Origin: Thermodesulfobacteriota bacterium
Lineage (GTDB): Bacteria > Desulfobacterota_D > UBA1144 > Nemesobacterales > JAJCZQ01
Assembly (NCBI GenBank): GCA_965203965.1
Contig: CBDBDR010000017.1
Span: forward strand, 1,408,001 to 1,472,000
Direction: 5' to 3'
Length of the DNA stretch: 64,000 nt
Position 1 is the first letter of the stretch, and each line of letters opens with the position of its first letter. Both the position numbers and the translations under genes were made by a program. Below are positions 29,654 through 38,519 of this stretch, piece after piece. The notes under the pieces are model-generated. The model ran no database searches. It worked only from the letters and a program-made list of their open reading frames with translations, and was not told the origin of the DNA.

Positions 29654-31622
29654 TTTTTGACAACATCTCTATAATCTCTTTATAGATGTAGGTAATTTCA
29701 TCATTAGGATTTAAATTTGTCGCTTTGTCAAAGTCTTTAATTGCTTCTTCATATTGCTTAAGGTTAGCTTTGGCAGCCCCTCTATTTTTGTAGGCATCTG
29801 CATATTTTGGATTGATTTCTATTGCTTTATCACAATCCTTAATTGCTTCTTCATATTGCTTAAGGTTAGCTTTGACAACCCCTCTATTGCTGTAGGTAAT
29901 TACATCATTCGGATCTATGTTTATCGTTAGATCATAGTCTTTAATTGCTTCTTCATATTGCTTAAGGTTAGCTTTGGCATTTCCTCTATTTTTGTAGGCA
30001 CTTGCATCATTAGGATTTAAATTTATCGCTTTGTCATAGTTCTTAATTGCTTCCTTGTGTTGCTCAAGGTCAGCTTTGGCAGCCCCTCTATTGTAATAGG
30101 TTTCTGCATCATTAGGATTTAAATTTATCGCTTTGTCAAAGTCTTTAATTGCTTCTTTGTATCGCCCAAGATTAGCTTTGGCATTTCCTCTGTTTTTGTA
30201 GGCACTTGCATCATTAGGATTTAAATTTATCGCTTTGTCAAAGTCCTTAATTGCTTCTTCATATTGCCCAAGGTCAACTTTGGCATTTCCTCTACAGATG
30301 TAGGCTATTTCTGCATCATTAGGATTGATTTCTATCACTTTATCAAAGTCCTTAATTGCTTCCTTGTATTGCTCAAGATTAGCTTTGACAGCCCCTCTAC
30401 AGATGTAGGCTACTTCTGCATCATTAGGATTTAAATTTATCGCTTTGTCATAGTTCTTAATTGCTTCCTTGTATTGCTCAAGATTAGCTTTGGCAGCCCC
30501 TCTATATTTGTAAGCAATTGCATTATTAGGATTTATATTTATCGTTTTGTCAAAGTCCTTAATTGCTTCCTCGTATTGCTCAAGTTTAGCTTTGGCAATC
30601 CCTCTATTGATGTAGGCTACTTCTGCATCATTAGGATTTATATTTGTCGTTTTGTCAAAGTTCCCAATTGCTTCTTCGTATTGCTCAAGTTTAGCTTTGG
30701 CAATCCCTCTATTGATGTAGACTACTTCTGCATCATTAGGATTTATATTTATCGTTTTGTCAAAGTCCTTAATTGCTTCTTCGTGTCGTCCAAGGTCAGC
30801 TTTGACACTCCCTCTATTGTAGTAGGCACTGGCAAATTTTGGATTTAAATTTATTGCTTTATCATAGTCTTTAATTGCTTCCTCGTATTGCTCAAGGTCG
30901 GCTTTGGCACTTCCTCTATTGCTGTAGGCACTTGCATCATTAGGATTTAAATTTATCGCTTTATCAAAGTCTTTAATTGCTTCCTCGTATTGCTCAAGCT
31001 TAGCTTTGGCAGCCCCTCTATTGTTGTAGGCTTCTGCAAATTTTGGATTTATTTCTATCGCTTGTGAATAGGTGTTTATTGCTGATTTCATTTGTCCCAA
31101 CATCATAAAGAGGTTTCCCATCTGAAATGCCACCAGATCCTGTGGTTCTTCTTGAATCTTTTTGGTGGGAATGGGTTGCATCTGAGACAATGTTTTTTCA
31201 ACCGTTTTTCGGATCCCTTCCACTACGTCTTGCCATGCTTTGCTTTCTGGTTTCCATTCGTTAATGGGGTGGCCATCGGTGGGAAGAGCTTGAAACTCGC
31301 TAAGTTGGTGTTTTTTCCAATCACAGCCTTCAAGTATAATGGGGATGGTTCTTATGCTTTCTGTCTGAAGTGCCTCAGTCAGTTCTTTATTGCAATTTTC
31401 GGAAGCTAAGCTGTGAGTCGATACTAAGTAGAGAAGAATGTTTGAGTCGGCAAGATTGTCGGATATCTTATCACGCCATTTGTCGCCGGGAACGATTTCG
31501 TTGTCGTGCCAAATCGTTGCTTTATTTTCCTGTTCTAACACTGCAAGCCTATCCTTCAACTCTTCTTTTTGTTCTTTATTTTTATGTGAGTAGGTGATGA
31601 ATAATTTTAGTGGACGATTCAT
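29646..31622 (-). CDS. TIR domain plus 14 TPR repeats
   Basis: LFITYSH...IWHD.EI.PG..W...LVS..SLASENCNKEL (catalytic Glu retained), then 34/35-aa tandem TPRs. Confidence 0.88.
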   Translation of the reverse strand: MNRPLKLFITYSHKNKEQKEELKDRLAVLEQENKATIWHDNEIVPGDKWRDKISDNLADSNILLYLVSTHSLASENCNKELTEALQTESIRTIPIILEGCDWKKHQLSEFQALPTDGHPINEWKPESKAWQDVVEGIRKTVEKTLSQMQPIPTKKIQEEPQDLVAFQMGNLFMMLGQMKSAINTYSQAIEINPKFAEAYNNRGAAKAKLEQYEEAIKDFDKAINLNPNDASAYSNRGSAKADLEQYEEAIKDYDKAINLNPKFASAYYNRGSVKADLGRHEEAIKDFDKTININPNDAEVVYINRGIAKAKLEQYEEAIGNFDKTTNINPNDAEVAYINRGIAKAKLEQYEEAIKDFDKTININPNNAIAYKYRGAAKANLEQYKEAIKNYDKAINLNPNDAEVAYICRGAVKANLEQYKEAIKDFDKVIEINPNDAEIAYICRGNAKVDLGQYEEAIKDFDKAINLNPNDASAYKNRGNAKANLGRYKEAIKDFDKAINLNPNDAETYYNRGAAKADLEQHKEAIKNYDKAINLNPNDASAYKNRGNAKANLKQYEEAIKDYDLTINIDPNDVITYSNRGVVKANLKQYEEAIKDCDKAIEINPKYADAYKNRGAAKANLKQYEEAIKDFDKATNLNPNDEITYIYKEIIEMLSKTT

Positions 31623-31815
31623 GCTTTTCCCTGAATGGTTTTAATTTCTTCTTCCGTCAGATAATACAACTCATAGACCAGCTTATCAATTTCTGCTTCT
31701 TGTTTGCTGGTGTCGGCTGAGGGGTTGGCTTCTTTGGCTGATAGGATGTTATCTACTAATTTGATGAAGGGTTGCTGTTCTGCGGTGGAAGTTTTGGGAA
31801 TTGGGATGAATTCAA
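31619..31815 (-). pseudogene. Duplicated 3' end of the Eco57I-like methyltransferase gene
   Basis: IPIPK.STAEQQPFI.LVD.ILSAKE.NPSADTSKQEAEIDKLVY shared with 35049-35245. Confidence 0.85.
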
Positions 31816-31967
31816 TGGACATTGTGTATTCATAAAAGAATACTACAGGTTACTGGAAGACCGCGTCGCGAAAATGGAGGAAATGTTGAAGACGATAGAA
31901 CAACTGCTGTAAGCTATAACAAAAAAGCTGTAACATTTCCCTTCAGGGAATGAACCACCTTTTTTTT

Positions 31968-32015
31968 AACCACCCCGTCAGGCTTTGCCTGCCACCCCTC
32001 CACAGGAGGGGAATT
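31968..32015 (+). repeat. 48-bp palindromic dispersed repeat, copy C
   Basis: Identical to copy B; also shares upstream AACCACCT(T)n with copy A. Confidence 0.92.
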
Positions 32016-32024
32016 AAAACCAAC

Positions 32025-32054
32025 TTGACAACTACTTCTCACAGGTGCTATATT
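32025..32054 (+). promoter_or_regulatory. Sigma70-type promoter of structured RNA 3
   Basis: TTGACA (32025-32030), 18-nt spacer, TGc-TATATT (32049-32054). Confidence 0.7.
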
Positions 32055-32077
32055 AGACAACAAAAGACAAATTAAAA

Positions 32078-32199
32078 TCCGTGCCTGCAAAATCTGCCTC
32101 AAATGTGGGGCGCCCCTGGACGCTTGCAGGAACCGTTCAAAGGTTGCGGAGGGAGTGGCAGTCCTTCTGGCACGGACAGAGCTGACCAGGCGACAGTTC
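32078..32199 (+). ncRNA. Putative structured ncRNA 3, convergent with the muF-CT fragment
   Basis: Perfect closing stem TCCGTGCC/GGCACGGA, GCAAAA, GCCTCA/TGGGGC, CCTGG loop, AACC/GGTT, GAGGGA/TCCTTC, 3' hairpin GAGCTG/CAGTTC with CCAGG loop. Confidence 0.62.
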
Positions 32200-32201
32200 A
32201 T

Positions 32202-32847
32202 TTATTTGTTTCTCTTTTTAAGATTTGCAATATCTTTTTCTTTTATTTGCCTAATGGTCAGCAAATAATTCTCCTTAGTTGCCACTTGTTATTCCCCTCT
32301 TTCCAGACGAAAAGTTGGCGGTTGTTGGGATTAGAGATGACCTTTGCAGTTTTGAAGTTAGTATCAATTTTAGATTGTATAGATCTGTAATCTTCCAGTT
32401 TTATATTTGGATGACTTTTAACTGTGCTTGCTGACAAGAGCACTGTTTGACTTTTTGCACCAAACTTTTCCATCATTTCTTTGCTTAAAATAGCAACGGG
32501 TCTATTTCCTCCAACCTTTCCCTCTACAAACCGTTCAAAATCTTTTCCAGACAAGATTTCCTGCGTATAAAAGCGGGCACTAACAGGCTCGTAAAAATTC
32601 AAATTAGGCAGGTAAGACCGTTTGCCCGGATTAAAGCCAAAGCTGGCGTGAGGAAAGACTGTTTTGGTGGGGGAGAGGCGGTATCCGGTAAGGTTTACGC
32701 TCTTTGGGTTCTTGACAGTGCCAATTTCAACTTTGCTTCTCACCAGTTTGCCTTTTGAACTGCTAACCTCCCATTCTCTGCTGGTTATCTGTCTTTGGGT
32801 CAACGTCCGTTTGTTGCAACGGCAATTATAATCCAGCGGTGGTGTAA
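32202..32847 (-). pseudogene. 5'-truncated, frameshifted second MuF gene with a different C-terminal domain
   Basis: 32628-32847 matches 11029-11248; after a shift near 32280 it reads ATKENYLLTIRQIKEKDIANLKKRNK* to TAA at 32202-32204. Confidence 0.82.
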
Positions 32848-32945
32848 CTGGGGAGTTCAGCGTTCAAACAGTGAGTTCACCAAGAGGTAGAGAATAGTGA
32901 TTAAACACGATTTAAATGCCGTTTAAACAGTGTTTAAACGCGGTA

Positions 32946-33045
32946 AATTCCCCTTCCCAGAAGGGGTGGCATTGCCGTCAGGCAATGACGGGGTAGTCCA
33001 TTCCCCTCCTGTGGAGGGGTGGCAGGCAAAGCCTGACGGGGTGGT
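32946..33045 (-). repeat. Two inverted copies of the palindromic repeat (variant 32946-32997, canonical 33000-33045)
   Basis: Reverse complement of copies A-C; the variant has CATTGCC/GGCAATG as inner hairpin. Confidence 0.88.
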
Positions 33046-33274
33046 CAATAACGGGATAGTCAAAGGAGAGAACCTTGCCTGACATAAGAGAGCTGACACT
33101 TAGAGTTAGTACGGATACTAAAAACCTCAGAAATTTAGGTAATGAGATAAAGCGTCTTGGGCTTGAATTCTTTTAGAAAAATGGGGCGAAGTGCTAAACG
33201 GTTGGGCAAGAACATCGCTGGGATACAAGGCAACGTGAAAGAGGCTGCTGGCGATTTCAAGAGGCTTACGATCG

Positions 33275-33375
33275 CAGGTTTGTTCATGTTCGTTCTCCGC
33301 AAGTTATGTTTTTTTCAAGGTGATATTATACAGTAAAATCAGCGGGTAGTTGATCTTTACTTCCATATTAGGTGG
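33275..33375. repeat. 101-bp direct repeat copy 2
   Basis: Near-identical to 29553-29653; keeps only the first four codons (MNKP) of the TPR gene. Confidence 0.9.
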
Positions 33376-33414
33376 CTGGAGCATGAATGGTCAGGTGGTA
33401 TTTGTCAATTACCG

Positions 33415-35052
33415 TCACTCAAGCATTGCCTTGATGTCATCTGGCAACTTAACATTATATTTCTTCTCAAAATCCGAGACGCTTTTGAACTCGTCTTGAA
33501 ATAAACCAACAATGTCTGCTCCCTTGTTTTTAGCAGTGGTCAGGTCTGCTTTGGCATCTTCCCATTTGTTCAAGCATAAATAGGCATTCCCTCTATTGTA
33601 ATAAACAGTTGCAAGTTTTGGATTTATGTTTATCGCTTTGTGATAGTCTTTAATTGCTTCCTCGTGTTTCCCAAGTTCAAATTTGGCAATTCCTCTATTG
33701 TTGTAGGCGATTGTATATTTTGGATTTATGTTTATCGCTTTGTTAAAGTCTCTAATTGCTTCTCTGTATTGCTTAAGTTTAGCTTTGGCATTCCCTCTAT
33801 TGTAGTAGGGATTTGCAAGTATTGGAATTATATTTATTGCTTGGTCATGGTTCTGAATTGCTTCCTCGTATTGCCCAAGTTTAGCTTTGGCAACCCCTTT
33901 ATTGGTGTAGGCAATTGCATCATTCGGATTTATTTTTATTGCTTCGTCAAAGTTCTTAATAGCTTCTTTGTGTAATTCAAGATTAGCTTTGGCAATTCCT
34001 TTATTAGTGTAGGCAACTGCATATTTTGGATTTATTTTTATTGCTTCGTCAAAGTCTTCAATTGCTTTTTCGTGTAATTCAAGATGATCTTTGATAATTC
34101 CTCTATTGGTGTAGGCACTTGCATCATTCGGATTGATTTTTATCGCTTCGTCAAAGTTCTTAATGGCTCCCTCGTAGTCCTCTAATGCGGATCTAAAATT
34201 GCCTCTTTGAAAATAATTGGATGCGAGTGCTTCTTTATCTTTATCCTCTACCTCTTCTGATTTTCGGATCTGTTCAATATAAAACTGATCTGCAAGTTCG
34301 TTATTGTAAGTAGAATTGACTGCGCTTCTTTCAAAGAAACCTGCTAGATCTGGAAACAGTGTCTTTTCTAAAATACCCATTGTTTCAAGTTCTTTTAGCA
34401 GCTTCCCTTTGTGTTCTCCAGAAATTAGAATTTCTCCCTTGATCATGTCTTTCGGCACTTCAGGCGCTCCAAATAGAAAGATGGACTGTTGAATGGTAAT
34501 GCGTTCAGTGTCAATATTAGATTTACCTATGGAAGGTTGCCAAAGATACCAAGACTTGTCTTTTTCAAAGAAATAACTCAATTCCTCCTTCAAGGCTTTT
34601 CTGGTTTTAATCTCTTCTATCTGATAGTTTTTATCTTGAGTATCTATAACAAATATTTTGCCATCTGTTGATCCATCTGTATCACACGCGAACCAGAGAG
34701 CATTCAACGGGTTATAGGTAAAATCTATCAATCCAGTGGCTGTTCTATTGTGTTGCATGTGCGCCATACATTCCAAATCTGTTAGGTCTTTGTAGATGTT
34801 GGAGTAGCGGAGTTGAACCTCATCAATGATCTGGTTGATGTATCCTACAAAAAAATTAGAAAGATCAGACAGCGGGTTAGGATATTTTTCTTGCGTTTTC
34901 TGCAGGCGGCGCAGGGCGCTGCTTTGTATGTTCCAGTCTTTGTTTTTCTGTCCACGGTAGATAAATCGGCGACCACCTTGGGGTTTAGTAATTTTCTTGA
35001 TCGCATCCAAATATTCTTCTAAGGTCTTTATTGGTTTTGGTTCGTGGGTCAT
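33415..35052 (-). CDS. FRG domain plus about 7 TPR repeats
   Basis: FIYRGQ...MQHNRTATGLIDFTYNPLNALWFAC...RITIQQSIF...TLFPDL, then TPRs. Confidence 0.85.
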   Translation of the reverse strand: MTHEPKPIKTLEEYLDAIKKITKPQGGRRFIYRGQKNKDWNIQSSALRRLQKTQEKYPNPLSDLSNFFVGYINQIIDEVQLRYSNIYKDLTDLECMAHMQHNRTATGLIDFTYNPLNALWFACDTDGSTDGKIFVIDTQDKNYQIEEIKTRKALKEELSYFFEKDKSWYLWQPSIGKSNIDTERITIQQSIFLFGAPEVPKDMIKGEILISGEHKGKLLKELETMGILEKTLFPDLAGFFERSAVNSTYNNELADQFYIEQIRKSEEVEDKDKEALASNYFQRGNFRSALEDYEGAIKNFDEAIKINPNDASAYTNRGIIKDHLELHEKAIEDFDEAIKINPKYAVAYTNKGIAKANLELHKEAIKNFDEAIKINPNDAIAYTNKGVAKAKLGQYEEAIQNHDQAINIIPILANPYYNRGNAKAKLKQYREAIRDFNKAININPKYTIAYNNRGIAKFELGKHEEAIKDYHKAININPKLATVYYNRGNAYLCLNKWEDAKADLTTAKNKGADIVGLFQDEFKSVSDFEKKYNVKLPDDIKAMLE

Positions 35053-38000
35053 TTCAGATTCTCTACCAATTCAATTTCTCTTTCTGTTAGATCATACAAA
35101 CCATAGACCAGCTTATCAATTTCTGCTTCTTGTTTGCTGGTGTCGGCTGAGGGATTGGTTTCTTTGGCTGATAGGATTTTATCTACTAATTGGATGAAGG
35201 GTTGTTGTTCTGCGGTGGAGATTTTGGGAATGGGGATGGTTTCAACGAAAACCTTAATCCATCTAAAAGCATGGTTGCCTAAAGTGGTTGCCGTCTGCTT
35301 CATAAAATAATAAACAAGATTTGAGTTCAATACGGTGCAGAGATATTTCAGCGAGTTTCCCACTATCATATATCCATCGTTGCGACAGTATATTTCCGTT
35401 TTGGAGTAAGCAAATCTTCCGTTGCCAGACATATCCATCCAAAATAACTTTTCTTTGGCAAAGTCTTCATAGTAGGCACAGCTACGGAGATTATACAAAG
35501 TCTTGCCTTGGTCTTGTCGCTTTTTGAGGTGCGGATAAAACTTGTCAAGATGGGTTTTGATCCGTGGGTAGTCGTCAATGTTAATGGCGGGGACTTTGTT
35601 GTATCCGTTGTGTATGTCAATCAACCACAGTCCTGCCCACTTTGCCTTATACCGTTTTATATCCCGACCACGCAATACAGGCTTGATAATTTCAGCAGAG
35701 TTAGGGTCTTCATCTATCAACGTCTGTCTCGTTGCATCATCAATAATAAAGGCTTTGTTATAGCCAGTTTTTATTCCGTAGTTAATGGTAATATCCCACT
35801 CTTTCATCGGCGTGCCTAAAGTCTCCATTTTGTTCATAATGGAACGTTCAACGTCTGAGAGTATGCTCCATGGCTTATCTAATTGTGGTTGAAGATCTGT
35901 CCATGAGGCAAGGGGTGGTATGCTGGTTGAATTGGTGAGGTCAATAGCCTTGCCTATCTCTCCACTTTTACCATTACGCAATACCAAAATACTACAATCC
36001 ACAGTAGCGTTTTCAAAACACCTGCTCCCATTTCCAACAGACGTAACGGTGTATGGTTTTCGGAAAAATAGTTACGAGTTGTTTTGCCATAATTTGCTTT
36101 TAGCCAACTATTGGAAGTGATATAAGAGAGTATTCCTATATCAGGAGATAGTAACTTACACCCCTTTTCATAAAAAAGCTGATAAATATCCCCAGAGCGG
36201 ATAAAGGTTTTGTAACCTGCGTCTTTGTAAAGTTGTCCTAATTTTCCACCTTCCTTTTGTAACTGAATATACGGCGGATTTCCGATCACCACATCAAAAC
36301 CGTCATCCATGCCAAACATCCATTCAGGGTCAAACCAATCGGCACTTGCGTTCTGGTTGTATGGGTTCCAGTCGGCGATCTGTTTGGCTGTTTTATCTTT
36401 CCACTCATCTTTAATGAGTAGCTCAGCGATCTCTTTTCTCAACTTTTCGTCCTGTTTTTTATACTTCCGTTTGGTCTTTAAGGTTCTAACGGTGAAGTAT
36501 TTGCGGCGGACGTCTTTTAATTCTTCTTCTTTTTTGGAAATTTTCGGGTTGCGGATGGGTATCTGTTCGGGCTTGTTCAGACCTATCAGGCTGTTAGCGG
36601 AGACAAATTTGGTCTCCAGATTGGGTAGGGGTTTGATGCCATAGTTATCCATCTTGTTACCCGTTGGCTCTTGCTCTATTGCCAGAGATATGAAGAAACG
36701 CAGTTTGGCTATTTGAACGGCTATGGGTTGAACGTCAACTCCGTATATGCTGTTCTGGATGAGGTAAAGTTTGCGTCCAAAATCGTTGTAGCGATTCTCC
36801 TTGCTGAATATGATCTCAATATCATTTAGCATCTGCTCACGGCTTTCGGGATCGTCCAGTTTGCTGATAACGTCTATCTGGCGCTGCCTCCACCTTTTGT
36901 TATCGGGGTCTATCAAACTGAGCAGGGAGACCAAGCGATGTAGCACACCCATCGGGAAGGCACCACTGCCAACTGCGGGATCCAATATCTTGATCTTTTC
37001 TATTGCTTCGATCAACTGAGGTATCTCTTCTTCATAGAGTAGGGGTTTTTCATTATCTTTCTTTAATTCACCGATCGTGGATGATACAAGAAAAAGGTCA
37101 TCCAAACGTTCACGGTAAAAATCCACGTTCCCATCGTGAGGTGGGACGGCACTTGCCAGATAGGCTTTGAGACTTTCATCTACCATATAGCCGACTATTT
37201 CTCTGGGAGTGTAGTAGGAGCCGGTTTGTCTGCGGGCAGTTTCACGGGTTTCAGGATTGTAGGCGGCGAGCAAGTTCTCAAAGACCATCCCCAGTAGTTC
37301 GGGATCCAGAGCAACATTTACATCCAATGGTGTGCTTTCCTCCACCGTGAACTGGTATTGATCGAGCAGTTCTATCAAGCCAAGGTCGCTGTCGTCATTA
37401 TTGAAGAAAAGGTCATTTGGCACTTTGAGTTTGTTATATGTCCTGTCCGAAAAACCATCAATACGGATTGCTTCTCGTTCATTCCTAATACTCTTGTCTT
37501 TATTGTATTCCTCTTGTTCCTCTTCATTAGAGTCTCTATCCAGACACTCAAACAGTCCACCGTTGAGAAATGGCGTTTTCTCAAACAGTTTGGTGATGTT
37601 TTGTTCATTTTGTTCTAAAAACGTGCTTTTGTAGCGGTAGAGGTTGGTAACGAGATAGTTGGTAGAGTTGGGTTTACCATCTTTATCAGTGCGAAAACGG
37701 CGGTCTTTGATCTCAAGGTTAAGGGTGGCAAAGAACAGGTTTTGCAAAATGGCTTTGTAGTAGCTACTGTCTTTGCTCCAATCAATGGTGTTCTTGAGTT
37801 TGGCAAGTTCAAAAAAGTTACGATTGACCAGTTCTTTCTCTTTGAGAAACCAGACGAAAAGCAGACGGGTGAGCAATCGTATCAGGCTAATGGAAACGTG
37901 GCTGTTATTTTCTTCCCGATCATCGTTTGGAAAAACCACGTGAGACTTGGCTTTTTCATACCACTTGAACAGTTTAACGTAAAACTCCTTGTTCAATGGC

Positions 38001-38510
38001 TCTACGGCAAAAGCGTCTTTGAGGTTGTTTAAGTTAGAGGACTTATCCAGTCGTTCAAAACGATCTACGGCAGTGCGGGTCTTGGCATTTCTACCCAGCA
38101 GATACGTGTAGCGTTTTGGGGAACTTTCTGTTCTTATTGTTTTTCCTTTATTGTCCAGTTTGTATTCCATGCTGATAAAGCTGAAACGCCACTGGTTTTC
38201 ATTATCATGATAAACGGCAAGTTGCCCCGTCCTCTGTATTGCTCTGGCACTGATTTGCCACCAGTTGACGCATCTGCACACGGTTGTGGTGGAGTTGGGT
38301 TTGGGGTTTGGTCTTGATCTCGTAAATACCTAATTCTTTGTCGTCAGTAAGGGTTACCGAGCCTAAATGGTAAAATTCCTCTACGTCTTTTTGTGTGATC
38401 TGCCGTGGTTGCGTAAAAATTCTAATGGACAGTTTATCGTTCAGGGATTGTAGCCATTCATCTCTATTATATTGCCTTTCAAAGAGATTGGATTTATTTG
38501 CTGTCGGCAT
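35049..38510 (-). pseudogene. Eco57I/type IIG-like N6-adenine methyltransferase (TaqI-C-like end), split by two frameshifts
   Basis: GSYYTPREIV, ILDPAVGSGAF, VVIGNPPY; three overlapping ORFs joined by single-base indels near 38222 and 36015. Confidence 0.85.
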
Positions 38511-38519
38511 GAAGCACCC

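Noticed and set aside
29646..34200. TPR DNA repeats as a CRISPR array or proven DGR target
   Set aside because: They are in-frame 102/105-bp coding repeats with no unique spacers, and no reverse transcriptase or template repeat is visible in the window.
38250..38277. Partial match (20/28, with 12 contiguous) of the CRISPR spacer 12359-12386 to the MTase 5' region
   Set aside because: No TTTV PAM (upstream is GGCA), the first two seed positions mismatch, and a match of this quality is plausible by chance in 64 kb on two strands.
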